Shown one piece after another: positions 25,481-39,785 of a stretch of 64,000 nucleotides of DNA. The stretch comes from Octopus vulgaris (Eukaryota). Position numbers and translations under genes: made by a program. Position 1 is the stretch's first letter. Each line of letters starts with the position of its first letter. Where the stretch lies: NCBI GenBank assembly GCA_951406725.2, contig OX597826.1:29016001-29080000 (forward strand), given 5' to 3'. Below the pieces are notes generated by a model. The model was not told where the DNA came from, made no database searches, and saw nothing but the letters and a program-made list of their open reading frames with translations.

Positions 25481-26501
25481 ACGGGCTTCTTTCGATCTAA
25501 TCGACTGCCCCACCCCCTCCCCCAGAATTTTAGGCCTTGTGCCTAGAGTAGAAAAGAATAAATAGGTAATGAGTTCGATAGGATAAATGCGCGCGCAGAT
25601 GCGCTCACGCATGCGCACGCACAGACATAGCGGCAAGTATATACGACCAGTTGGTTGGCTACATATGCACAAAGACGGGGAAAGGTGCGCATACATGCAC
25701 GAATATAAACCCTCAGTCAGTTACACGTACGCACAATTATGCTAACACAAACGCATAAATACACACATGCACACATACATGCACATACGCGCGCACACAT
25801 ACACACACGCATACATATACGTACATGATACATATGTATGTATATATGAATACATATATGTATACTTACATATACGTGTGTGTGTGTGTGTGTGTGTGTT
25901 TATTCGTATATCAGATCGTGATACGACTGGACACATTGCCCAGTATTTCAAATATTAAGTGCATATATTCAAAGCGTGTGTCGTGCATATAACGGTGTAT
26001 ATACATATATACACGCGAACATAGATCCACACGCGCGTGCGCGCACACAGCTTTGCATACACATAAATACGCATGTACATACATACATACATACGTACAT
26101 ACATACATACATACGTACAAACATACATACGTACATACATATATACATACATATATACATATATACATACATACATTCATACATACATACATACATACAT
26201 TCATACATACATACATACATATGTACGTACGTACATACATAGATACATACATACATGCATACATACATACATACATACATACATACATACATTCATACAT
26301 ACATACATACGTACGTACGTACATACATACATACATACATACGTACGTACGTACGTACGTACATACATACATACATACGTACATACGTACACGCGAACTT
26401 AAACAGATCTACACGCGAGGGCGAGCACACAGCCTCGCATACGCATAAATACGCATGTACATACATACATACATACATACATACATACATACATACATAC
26501 A

Positions 26502-26535
<34 letters not shown>

Positions 26536-27322
26536 GTTATGAGTAACAATGAAGGGTGAAATAGCTATAATCTCTTTGACTGCTATTTCTAAATTCGGTG
26601 TGTGGTAAGGCAATTCGTTGCTAAACCCTTAATTGCTTAGTATTACTATATACATATATACGTACATACAAAAATACATACACACATACATGCATGCATA
26701 TATACATACATACATAAATACAAACATACGTGCGTACGTAAACGTACGTACGCACACACATACATACTGTACATTCATTCATACACACACACGCATGCAT
26801 GCACACATACAGACATACAAACACATGGACATCCACATATACACTCATACATACACACACGCATATACACGCACACATGCACCCCCTCGCACACACACAC
26901 ATCAACGAACATGAATGCACACAATCTGCGCTGTCAGTGCTGCGCACGCGTAGACGTACACATTCAAAAATACGCAAGCGCGAACGTAGATGCTACGACA
27001 CAAAAACAACACAAAACAGCAAAAAAAGAAAAACCCCAAAGAACAACAAAACACAACACAAAACTAGCCTGCCGAAACCTGTGTGATACATAGCAGCTAA
27101 CTTTGATAGCCATGCTAGATATTATAAGATGAAAGAAGACGCACTCCAAAGAAAGAAAAGATAAAAGAGAAAGAAAATATTTCAAAAGATCGGTAAGAAG
27201 GAATACGTTGCCGAAAATATAAAGGTTTTTCCGGTGCTGAATACCAGAATTCCCTACAAGACAGTTCCAATGTCATCAGGTATTATGAAGAGAACGGAAG
27301 CGGTAGAAGACAGGTCCGTGCA

Positions 27323-27368
27323 AGCGACGTGAGCGATGTGAGTGAGGTGAGCGATGAGCGACGTGAAG
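27323..27368 (-). promoter_or_regulatory. YCAY cluster (Nova/pasilla-type splicing element candidate)
   Basis: cTTCACgtcgcTCATcgcTCACcTCACTCACatcgcTCAC: six YCAY motifs in 46 nt directly after the donor. Confidence 0.45.
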
Positions 27369-27374
27369 ACTTAC

Positions 27375-27398
27375 CTCCCTTGATTATTTTAATAATTT
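27375..27398 (-). CDS. Candidate 24-nt microexon, phase 1-1 (xIIKIIKG)
   Basis: Acceptor tattcatcttcacag, consensus donor GAG|gtaagt, 24 nt, only the phase-1 frame is open, followed by about 300 nt of non-repetitive flank. Confidence 0.5.
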
Positions 27399-27432
27399 CT
27401 GTGAAGATGAATACGTGCGTGTGTATGTATGG

Positions 27433-27501
<69 letters not shown>

Positions 27502-27746
27502 CACCTACATACATACGAAAATATACATATGTATAAGCATATCCTTATATGTGTGTATGTGTGTGTAAATACTATGCATGTATGTATGTATGTATGTATG
27601 TGTATGTGTGTATGTATGTATGTATGTGTGTGTTTTAATAGATACCTATTTATGAATACCTTAGACTGAATATATATATATATGTGCGTGTGTGTGTGTC
27701 TGTATACACACACACATATGCATGTATTCATATATATGTGTAGTGA

Positions 27747-27777
<31 letters not shown>

Positions 27778-28123
27778 TGTATGTATGTATGTATGCATGT
27801 ATGTGTGTATGAATATATGCATGTATGTATGTGTGTATGTATGTATGTATGTATGTATGTATATATGTATGTATGCATGTGTATGTATGTCTGTATGTAT
27901 GTATATGCCAGTGGTGCATATGTGTGTACATGTAGGTATATATATATGAGCACGCGTGTTTTTCCATCTCCTTAAGACTTACTTCCTACTTCGTATTTCC
28001 GCCATTTTCTTTCTATTTCGTTGCTACCGTTGTTGATGGTTTTCCTTGCCAAACCAATTCCTTTTCTTTCTCTTATCTTCCTCCCACATACGTACACCCA
28101 ACACGCATAACTCCTTACCTCCA

Positions 28124-28189
<66 letters not shown>

Positions 28190-28553
28190 TTTTTTCTTTC
28201 CTACTTTCCCCCTGGTGAGACTATCACCAATTTCATTACTTCCATTACTCGAATTCTCAACGCGTCCAGAGCATTCGCTTTTTATTGTCTTCATCACAAA
28301 AGATTTCCTCGACGACCTCGTTGCGACATTTCGGCTGTTCTATTGAATTCAATCACAAGCTATTAAAACCGCCATCAAAACTCTTTGCATACCGTCACCC
28401 ACCTAAATCCTACCTACGCTAATCCAAAGGCACAGAGATATGCATATTTATATAAGTGTATATATTTGTGTAGACATTTATATATGATATGGATAAATGC
28501 ACCTATGTGGGTGCATATATATTTGTATGTGTGTATGTGCGTGTATATATACA

Positions 28554-28585
<32 letters not shown>

Positions 28586-28742
28586 AATGTATATATATTT
28601 GTATGTTTCTGTAGACCTATGTGATATGTATAAATGCGTCTGTGTCTGTGTGTATTTGTGTGTGAGTGTGTGTGTGTGTGTGTGAATATGCTTGTGTATG
28701 TGTGTGTATATGTGTACTCATAATCCTACATATATGAATGAG

Positions 28743-28792
<50 letters not shown>

Positions 28793-28984
28793 CACACACA
28801 TGTGAGTGTGTGTATATATGTATCTGTATTTATTAATTTATCAGCTTGTACACACACATAAGCACACGCACACACACACATATACTTATATACATTTGTA
28901 TATATGTGTGTGCGAGTGTGTATGTCTATGTATGTTTACGTATATATTTATATAGATAGAAAGAGTGAGTTCGATTAACGTACC

Positions 28985-29258
28985 GGGGGGGTTGAGTGTT
29001 GTGGCTCTTGAGCCAGACACTTTGCTCCAGTTCACATCAGCTGTAGAAATGAGTTGCAGCGTCACTGGTGCCAAACTGTATCGGCCTTCGTCTTACCCCT
29101 CGATAAACATCAGTGGCGTGGAGAGGAGAGGCTGGTATGCATGGGTGATTGTTGGTCTTTAGTAAACAACCTTGCTCGGACTTGTACCTCGGATGGGAAC
29201 TTTCTAGTTGCAATTCCATGGTCATTCATAACCGAAGGGGGTCTTTACTCTTTACCCT
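28985..29258 (+). mobile_element. SINE family C with tail 2, 5'-truncated
   Basis: Matches 16190-16460; ends GGGGTCTTTACTCTTTACCC. Confidence 0.8.
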
Positions 29259-29274
29259 GTATATACTCTCATTA

Positions 29275-29325
<51 letters not shown>

Positions 29326-29855
29326 GAGTGAGAGAGTAGTGCATGCCATCAGAGTGACACTGGGGTACAAATATACGAAGCCCAGTATACCCATCATGAC
29401 TACCCGTCTGATAAGGTACATGCATTACAACCATATGTGCGCGACATGGTGATCTCATAACAAGATAAACAGCGCATGACCTTGCGGGTGGGGCCCAGTT
29501 AGAAATTTCTTCTGGTTGGGTAACCCATCCCACTCAAAAGGTCCCTGATTAAGGGTTGTTTAAGGATGTTGAATGAAACACTCATGTTTCCAGAGGTGAA
29601 TTATTCAAACCTCCAAGAATTCCTTTTAACACATGGCTATGATGCTCCCCCACTACTTCTACTCGTGATCAGAGATGCACATATCGTCAGCCACTAAGGG
29701 ACATGCTCAACTGGTTACGGTCAAACAACTGACAAGCAAATCTGTGGTATTGAGCAGAATATTTGTTGTAGCCCATCTTTTATTCCAAGACAAAACAATG
29801 TACATGATAACACTTCCAGTCAGTTAAGATCAGAAGCCATGAGAGTCGCTGCATC
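29326..29855 (-). mobile_element. Element E
   Basis: Aligns to 17574-18130; (ATT)n flanks. Confidence 0.9.
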
Positions 29856-29865
29856 ATCATCATCA

Positions 29866-29904
<39 letters not shown>

Positions 29905-31084
29905 TCGTTCTTCTTCTCTATCCTTCCCACATGATCTCTGTACTAATTATCCATCCACTAACCACAGTTTTATTTACTTTCTTGTGCGCACGCGCGTGAG
30001 TGAGTGTGTGTACGTGTGTGTACGTCTGTGTGTATGCATTAGAATTTAACCGAAATTTAACAGATATTGATCACTTATTGATGACACTGATCTTATTCAG
30101 ATTAGTTAGGAAAATACCGACTTTTGGAAACACTCAATACATTTTCAGCATTCCTCCGTCATCTTGAAAATGAAAAGAACGGATCAACATGCTGCTACTG
30201 CTACTACTGCCACTACTTCTTTTACCATCATTATTATCATCGTCGTCGTCATCATCATCGTCGTCGTCATCATCAAAACATTCTTCTTCTTCTTCATCTC
30301 CTTCTTCTTCTTCATCATCTTCTTCTTCACGAAATTCAGATGTTCATGATCGCCTCAAATTAAAAATTTGATCACATTTTTGTCAATCAAAAGATTTCAA
30401 TTCCTGTTTTTTTTTTAATTCATTTTATTCATTTTTAGCTATTTTTATTATTAATATCATGTGATCGTTGTAAACTCTGTTTTTTTTTCTTCTTTTCGCA
30501 CTGGTCATCTCAAAATTTTCCTTCACAGTAAATACAATGAAACCTATTCTGTTGAATTATTTCCTCTTTGACATATCGTTGATATCCATAATCAGGATCA
30601 CAACATTCTCTATATTTCTCTATATACTTGCATCACTTGTATACCTTACCAACCGACTGAAATATATTCACTGATGGGGCTTAATATAACCGAAACGGGT
30701 TCACTACTTCTAGAAGTTAGCTTTGAATATCAGATCAGCTCCAGTCTGCATTGTCTATATCATCCAAAAATTTCAAACAACTGATCTTATTGGAATTAAC
30801 TCCCTTGACTGTGGATTTCATTGTAAAGATTTTTTACACAACCAGAAAGATTTGTTTTGATTTTTTTTTAACTGTTGAATACTTCGATCATCGATGCTAA
30901 TCAGAGTTTTCTTCTTCAGCCCACCATTACACACTCAAGATTTTATTGTATATATTTTCGTAGCAACAATACTTTTAGACAACAACCGTTTCTTTCCTTT
31001 TTCCTTTTCTGCCTCTTCCTCTTCAAATCTATTTCATCTCACCCCACTCAATATTACAACTGAAGACACCAACCTCAACACCAT

Positions 31085-31500
31085 TCTTTTATTCTTTTAT
31101 TTGTTTCAGTCATTTGACTGCGGCCATGCAGGAGCACCGCCTTTAGTCGAGCAAATCGACCCCAAGACTTATTCTTTGTAAGCCTAGTACTTATTCTATC
31201 GGTCTCTTTTGCCGAACCGCTAAGTTACGGGGACGTAAACACACCAGCATCGGTTGTCAAGCGATGTTGGGGGGGGGGGGCAAACATAGACACACAAACA
31301 TACAAACATATATAGAATAAACCTTTACATATATAAATAACGTGGAATACACGAAGGGACGAACATAAGAGACAGACGGGTCATTCAAAGCCTTCATATA
31401 TATATATACGACGGGCTTCTTCCAGTTTCCGTCTACGAAATCCACTCACAAGGCTTTTGTCGACTCGAGGCTATAGTAGAAGACACTTGCCCAAGGTGAA
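31085..31500 (-). mobile_element. SINE family A
   Basis: Family motifs present; expanded internal region. Confidence 0.85.
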
Positions 31501-31911
31501 ACGCAGTGGGAGTGAACCCAGAACCATGTGGTTGGTAAGTAAGCCACTTACCCCACAGCCTATCAGACGCAATACTTTTTTCCTCTTTAACTTATTTCTA
31601 CATTGGATTTTGACCATACTGGAGCAGTGCCTTGAAAAGTTTTGGACGATCATATCGACCCCAGTACTTATTTTAAAACCTTGTACGTATTTTCTTCTTC
31701 AAGGGACTGCAAGCCAGATGCCGTTTCACAATGCAGCGCCAAAAATCTCAAACATCATATCAATCTCAATACGTTTTAAACTCTGGTACTTTCTTTTTTA
31801 TTTTCAACATGAAGCTGCAATCGAGATGGGTCTCACAATACTGCACCAGAAACCTCTCTCCACATTACCAACGGAAGGTCCTTACTTTCATGTCATGTAA
31901 CTCTACCAATG

Positions 31912-32160
31912 GCGATGCGCGTTGCTTAGTGGTTAGGATGATGCACTCGTGATTATAAGATTGAGGTTTCGTTCCTGGACCGGGCGATGCATTATATTCT
32001 TGAGCAAAACACTTCATTTCATGTTGATCCAGCCCACTCAGCTGGCAAAAATGAGTAACCGTGCGACGGACTGGGGCCACGACCATGGGTGGAGGAATAA
32101 ATGCACCACAAAATCCGGAAAACTGAGCTTATGAGCCTATGGTTCAGGAAGGACCTTTGA
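31912..32160 (+). mobile_element. SINE family C-like with tail 3
   Basis: Head and core as in family C; tail GCGACGGACTGG shared with 52783-52975. Confidence 0.65.
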
Positions 32161-32199
32161 TCCTTTAATCTCTACCAGTAACATTGTGTGAGTGGTTTT

Positions 32200-32440
32200 C
32201 GCCCTTCATCGAAGTGTGGAAGTCCGTTATGGTCTAATGTTCAGCAAGACGGCAGTCGCCAGGAAGCCCTTCTCTGCTTCGATCAACAAACAAGAGCAGA
32301 GTTGGGTGTAAAATGCCCATAAATCTTCTCTTGCATCTCCTGTTCTCATCATGAGAGGCTTGGAATCATCAAAGCAATCACGATACTCCTTCTTCGTAGC
32401 CTTGGTTTCGGCTCCATAGAGAAGAATGTATTTTAGCGAT
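32200..32440 (-). mobile_element. Highly decayed RTE-like LINE fragment
   Basis: Minus-strand ILLYGAET resembles the RTE post-RT motif LLYGxETW. Confidence 0.4.
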
Positions 32441-33552
32441 CGCCGTTTGTTGCGCTGCTATCTTACAATACGCTATCAATACCACAAATAATTTTTTTTT
32501 TTAAACCACCTCTGTTTGCACTACCACCATCACTACCGCCACTAACAACAGCACAGTTTCCTTCTCAACCCCCATCGCTATGGCATAGAGCACAGAAATC
32601 ATCACCATCATTATCATCATCTTCACCACCATCACCACCACTAATACCACTACTACCACCACCATCACCACCACCACTAACACCACTACCACCACCGCCA
32701 CCACCACCACTACCAATACTACCAGCACCATCACCGCTACAACCACTACTACCACCATCGCCACCACCACTAGCACTATCACCAACACCGCCTCTAAAAA
32801 CGACAGCAACAACAACCACTACCATCACCTCAGCGAGCATCACCATTACTTCCGACACCACAGCCACCAAAACAACCACCGCCATCATCCACACCACTGA
32901 CACCACCACAAATACCATCGCCACCGAGGCCACAGCTACTACCACTACCATCACCACCACTACAACCATCAACGCCATCACCGTCACTACCTGCACCAAC
33001 ACCACCACTAACACCGGAGCCATACTATTGCCCCCACAATTGTTACCATTTCTACTTCCAACACCACATCACTAGTCACCATCGCCACCACTACCACAAC
33101 TACCCCCACCACCACCACCTCCATCGACAACACCACTACAACCACTACCACTACTACGACAAGCTACTTCCGCCAACGCCATCACCACTAGACAATAAAA
33201 CACCTTCAGCTACCGACAGCACCACTGCCATGACAACGATAAGACCGTTCAGTAAAGACGTATCTTTACGCAAGGTCAGATCTAGAGGTAAGGTCGAAAT
33301 AGTGACGTTAAAAATCATTCAAGTATGGCGTTTAGCAAAGTCATGCTCCGGGGCGTGGTAAGTCGAAGGTGAGGCGGTGGCGGCAGGTAGGAGCAATGGA
33401 TATCACTTTTAGACAACAGTGAGCAAAGAATATAAACAGATAAATGTATACGCGCCCACATATACGTCTATATATATATAAATATATACGTACACACATA
33501 CATACACGCGCACTTGTGTGCATATGTATGTCAGTGTGTGTATGCATCTATA

Positions 33553-33611
<59 letters not shown>

Positions 33612-33634
33612 TCTATGTATGTATATGTATAAAA

Positions 33635-33737
<103 letters not shown>

Positions 33738-33887
33738 TGTACGCGCATCTATATATTTATATAAACATATATCCAGATATATGCCTTTGTCTACCTTTTG
33801 TAAATGTGAGTGTATATGTGTGTGTGCGTGTGCATATATGTGTGTGCATATATATATATAGATATATGTATGTGTGTATATATATAT

Positions 33888-33938
<51 letters not shown>

Positions 33939-34319
33939 TACACACATAAATACATACATATTTACATGCATATATATAGATATGTTTCGAGGTGTTTTAA
34001 TATGTGAACATATTTCTATATATGCTTGTATATCTGTTAATACATTCATACAAAACATGCATATTTATATGAATGGATGTACATGCATGTGTGTGTGTGT
34101 GTGCATGAATAGTTTTCCATACCCATCTCATTATATATACGAAAAACGTATGAATATGAGTGTGTTGTTTATAATCAAGAGAAATGTGGTTGAATATATA
34201 GAAATAATAAAATGTAATTATATTTATTCGAGTGGTGTCGTTCGCTGTTGTTTCAAGTTTCACGAATATCATATCATATAAGCATGTCCCTTGTGTTCTC
34301 TCATGAAATATTTGGGTGC

Positions 34320-34355
<36 letters not shown>

Positions 34356-34645
34356 GAGAGGGGAGAGAGAGAGACAGTGTGTGTGTGGTGTGTGTGCATG
34401 CATGTGTTTATGTATGTATGTGTGTATGTATCCTTAAATCCTTAAAAATGTTTTAGCCCGAAGGCCGCGGCCATGCTGGGGCACCACATATATATATACA
34501 TATATAATCCGAAATCGTTAGTCCGACAATATATACATTGTTTCGCCTGACGATTATGGATAAAATATTTTTTATTCATTCTCACACTTACCTTCTAAGC
34601 GACCAAACATTACTTCTTTTGCAACTTGTCTCCGGATAAAATAAC

Positions 34646-34709
<64 letters not shown>

Positions 34710-34921
34710 CTCTCTCTCTCTTTCTCTCTCCCCCTCTCTCTCTGTCTCTCTACATATATATATATTATATATGTGTGTGTGTATGTGCATGTATGTGTGC
34801 GTGCGTATGTGTGTGTGTGTACGTGTGTGTGTGTGTGCGCGTGCATAAGGTAAATGAAAGACGGAAGACGGAATATACAATAATCTTTATTATTAATCAC
34901 GACAGTTGTTTCGACATATAC

Positions 34922-35011
<90 letters not shown>

Positions 35012-35029
35012 GCACATACATACATACCG

Positions 35030-35064
<35 letters not shown>

Positions 35065-36017
35065 CCTTTAAGTTCGTTTACGGGAAACACTTTTGAGTAT
35101 GCGCATAAATATATATCTGTGTATGTATTCTAAAGCTCCGAAAACCAAAAGTGTTTTCACGAAAGTCGTCTGCTCACCAAAGCTTGCAGTTACCAGTTTA
35201 TTTCAATACAAATAAATTATAATGTTATGTAAGTTCTTTATTTAACTCGATCGGTCCGAATATTCATAACGTAAATGAATAAAACTGCGCAATACTTTCT
35301 GCTAGACCGTGCTTACGTAAAACTGCAAGGCTTTAATTACGTAGGTGTCGTGTTTAGTATGGATTCTTAGTGATATTTTCCTCGTAGCGACGGTAAGGTG
35401 ATGAAGTCGTCCACATGATCTATAAGGGTGGGCCTATCAATATTTTGTAATTGTATTCCAAATGGCACAAGATTGAAGTTCAACCTACGATCGAGACAAA
35501 TACACATCAAAACTTTGTACATAAATTTGGGACGTATTCCTTGATTGTTTCTGACAAGCACAACTTATGAACGAGGGTATGTTCTATGATCATACTGTAC
35601 TCGCATTTCTAAAATAAAAATATTTTGGAAGGGTTTAAGATAAGAATTTGCACACCTATGTATATAACGTGAAAGGTCGGAAACTGTAAGGATCTTTTGA
35701 ATGTTGACCGATGAGGAATTAGCTACGAGTTTTCTGTTTGCTATGGATTCGGATGAAACTTTCAAAGATGTTTGGCCTTGTGACTGGCACGGACTGATTA
35801 GATTTTGTGACCGATCGGGAACCGGACAAAAATTTTTTACTTAATCTTTGAAAGCGGTCGAATTCATTTTTTTATATTCTCCTTTGTGAGAGCAGTCGAG
35901 TTTATTTCAGATATTCTCATTTCAAAAATCACCTCTCGCTAATCGTTGAGAGGACGTTAGCGTTGCCTTGGTGGAGGTTTGCGCTCTCTGAGTACTCTTG
36001 CTATTATTATTATTATT

Positions 36018-36556
36018 GAGTGAGAGAGCAGTGCATGCCATCAAAGTGACACTGGGGTACAAATATACGAAGCCCAGTATACCCATCATGATTACCCGTC
36101 TGATAAGGGTACACCAGGCACATGCATCACAACCATATGTGCACGACATGGTGATCTCATTTCAAGATAAACAGCGCATGACCTTGCGGGTGGGGCCCAG
36201 TTAGAAATTTCTTCTGGTTGGGTAACCCATCCCACTCAAAAGGTCCCTGATTAAGGGTTGTTTAAGGATGTTGAATGAAACACCCATGTTTCCAGAGGTG
36301 AATCATTCAAACTCCAAGGAGTCCCTCTCAGCACATGGCTATAATGCTCCCCCACTACTTCTACTCGTGATCAGAGATGCACATATCGTCAGCCACTAAG
36401 GGACATGCTCAACTGGTTACGGTCAAACAACTGACAAGTAAATCTGTGGTATTGAGCAGAATATTTGCTGTAGCCCATCTTTTATAGCAAGACAAAACAA
36501 TGTACATGATAACACTTCCAGTCAGTTAAGATCAGAAGCCATGAGAGCCGCTGCAT
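36018..36556 (-). mobile_element. Element E
   Basis: Shares diagnostic substitutions and 5' end with 29326-29855. Confidence 0.9.
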
Positions 36557-36573
36557 CATCATCATCATCATCA

Positions 36574-36637
<64 letters not shown>

Positions 36638-36794
36638 CCCCCTTTTGGGAGTTTTTCATTGTTTTATAATTATTGTTATTAAGTTTTTACTCGATGTTTT
36701 TCAAAAACGGCAAAACCCTTTGTAACCTTTCGTCCTGTTTTGTCCCTTTATGTAATCATGCGTGTCAGCCCTTGTGGCCAATAAAAAAGAATTG

Positions 36795-36795
<1 letters not shown>
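36638..36795 (+). mobile_element. L1/Tx1-like LINE 3' UTR fragment inside (ATT)n
   Basis: Ends GTGTCAGCCCTTGTGGCCAATAAAAAAG, similar to the 3' end of 7317-8013. Confidence 0.55.
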
Positions 36796-36851
<56 letters not shown>

Positions 36852-36852
36852 T

Positions 36853-37014
36853 AGGCGCAGAGGCGCTATGTGGTAAGAAGCGTGCTTCCCAACGACATGG
36901 TTCTGGGTTCAGTCCCACTGTGTGTTGCCTTGGGCAAGTGTCTTCTACTATAACCTCGGGCCGACCAAAGCCTTGTGAGTAGAATTAGTAAACGGAAACT
37001 GAAAGAAGCTCGTC

Positions 37015-37053
<39 letters not shown>

Positions 37054-37240
37054 TGTATGTGTGTGCATCGCTTGACAACCGATGTTGATGTGCTTACGTC
37101 CCCGTAACTTAGCGGTTCGGCAAAAAGAGACCGATAGAATAAGTGATAGGCTTTAAAACAATAAGTCGATTTGTTCGACTAAAAGGTAGTGCTCCAACAT
37201 GGCCGCAGTCAAATGACTGAAACAAATAAAAGAATAAAAG
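36853..37240 (+). mobile_element. SINE family A
   Basis: Head to TAAAAGAA tail. Confidence 0.85.
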
Positions 37241-37496
37241 AATACTGTATCTTTTTTTATTTGGTGTTGGGTGAGAACCCTCTGTTGACAGTTTCACTTT
37301 TTTTTTGTCTTTTTGGTTTTTTTTTATCGTTTTACCTTTCTGTGTGTGTGTGATTGGCACAACCTTTTTAGGGGTCAATTGTGGTGGCGTTAAAACAAAC
37401 AAAACAAAGCGTTACAGGCTCAAAATAAAGGCCCTCACCGCACCGCCCAACGCCCCTCACCGCATACATACCGAGCAAATTAAAGCAAAACAATAG

Positions 37497-37546
<50 letters not shown>

Positions 37547-37547
37547 C

Positions 37548-37615
<68 letters not shown>

Positions 37616-37616
37616 C

Positions 37617-37648
<32 letters not shown>

Positions 37649-37851
37649 TGGTGGTGGCGTTGGTGGTGGTGGTGGTGGCGGTGGTGGTGGAATTAAGTGA
37701 AAAAATCTCTTTCTCCACTTTTGGATCTGGTTGACATTTTCGAGACACTCCTTGAAACAGGAACTGAGTTCTGTAAGTGAGATCTGGCACCTAATCTACC
37801 CTTATGGGTTACTAGAGGTCGTTGGCGAAGGAGAATGAGATAGATAGATAT

Positions 37852-37916
<65 letters not shown>

Positions 37917-37985
37917 GATTGAAAGCTAGACATAGACAGTCACGCAGCTAACAGCTAGATAGACAGGGAGACAGACAGACTGACT

Positions 37986-38025
<40 letters not shown>

Positions 38026-38082
38026 GGCAGACAGGCAGACAGACAGATAGATAGATAGATAGACAGATAGATAGACAGACAA

Positions 38083-38231
<149 letters not shown>

Positions 38232-38328
38232 GATTGAAAGCTAGACATAGACAGTCACGCAGCTAACAGCTAGACAGACAGGCAGACAGACTGACAGACA
38301 GACAGACTGACAGACTGACAGACTGACT

Positions 38329-38411
<83 letters not shown>

Positions 38412-38414
<3 letters not shown>

Positions 38415-39656
38415 AAGTCACTTTAAATGCTGCAAACTGAATTTTCATTTCTTCTTAGATTTAACCCTTTAGAAACAATTAACGAACCCAGACTGGGGTT
38501 CGAACACTGGAAACATTTTCTCAAGTACTGCTATAAGTTTTGGAGCGCAATTGAAATGCAAAGATAGTGTAAGAGAGTGTTTCAAGCAGATCCACCAACG
38601 CCACTTACCGTCACTCGAATTAATAAGTTTCAATCTGGCCGAACTGTTCAGAATTTCCACAGGAAATGTTCTGAAATAGCCTGGACATTGGTCAAGCTCC
38701 AAAATGCTACAAAGAGTACAAGACACGTATTACCTGACTTTAAGAAAATCTAGGCGACAAGCGAATCGTGAAGACAAGAATTTCAAAATTAACAATCCAT
38801 CGTATTTTGAAACGCTATCATTGGAAAAGTTATATTTCAAGAATAGTCCGTGCTCTCTATGAATATGATCCGGACGGAAGAATGGAATTTCATGAGAGGT
38901 GTTTGGCTAAGTGTGAAGAAAATGCACACGCTCTAATAAAGTTTGTTCTGAGTTGTGAGGTTGTATTTAAATCAAATTACTCAATAACCGCCACAATTGC
39001 ACCTAAAAAGGCCCTGGGAATCTGCATATTGCGGAAAAATATCATGTTAATTTAGTTACAACATGGAGCAACTTATCGTCAAAGGGATTATTTTTTTCAG
39101 TAGTGCGATCGGTCCCATTTACTTGAAAGCGACAATTTGTCATCGCAAGCATGCAAGAGGACTTTGAAGATGTAGAGTTTTATTTCTAGGCAGCCGAGGC
39201 AACCCCACACTACCATAGTAATGGAAAGGCCTACCTTGATAAGATTTTACCAAGCAGATACATTGAACAAAGAGGTTCAGTAGAGGTTCGGTGTTCACCG
39301 GACCTCAAACCACAGGACATTTTTATAGGGATACTTAGAAGATAAATTTTACGGTACAAAACTGGCAACATTCGACGAATTGAGGACAGCCACTGAACGA
39401 TAATGCACACAACTACCGAACGAAATGTTTCTTCATGTTCATGATTCCATGGCATGGCGTTGACCGTTGTACCCGGAGCAGAGCGGTCAGCTGTTTTAAA
39501 ATACGTATCAGAAAAAATTAAATTTTGTTTGTAGACTCTATTAAATTTTGAAAATGAAATGTATTTTAATAAACACTGACGTTATGATCATTCAATTTTA
39601 ATCAACAGTGATTTTGTTATCATTCACTGTCCGCATACATTTCGGGTATGCCCTGT
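38412..39656 (+). mobile_element. Decayed IS630-Tc1-mariner superfamily transposon
   Basis: Frameshifted transposase remnants ISKLTIHRILKRYHWKSYISRIVRALYEYDPDGRMEF and SPDLKPQD-like; TIR-like right end. Confidence 0.7.
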
Positions 39657-39785
39657 GAAGATTTATGTATTATCGGCGACGGAGGCAGCATTAAAACCAA
39701 AAGGTAATCTTATTTCCCACTTAACATGAATGTCTTGTTTAGAGCATTGAATACTGTGGCATTAGCCTTGTGAAATCCTCTCATA

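Noticed and set aside
30650-30656. 7-nt minus-strand microexon (atttcag|TCGGTTG|gtaagg)
   Set aside because: Not frame-preserving and adjacent to a Penelope-like remnant
33280-33410. Unique island with plus-strand donors and a minus-strand acceptor
   Set aside because: No consistent acceptor-donor pair or recognisable peptide
34586-34630. Strong minus-strand donor GAAG|gtaagt
   Set aside because: No adequate acceptor; the peptide QVAKEVMFGRLEGK resembles an RTE C-terminal remnant
35389-35393. 5-nt plus-strand microexon (ttttcctcgtag|CGACG|gtaagg)
   Set aside because: Frame-shifting length; such matches are expected by chance
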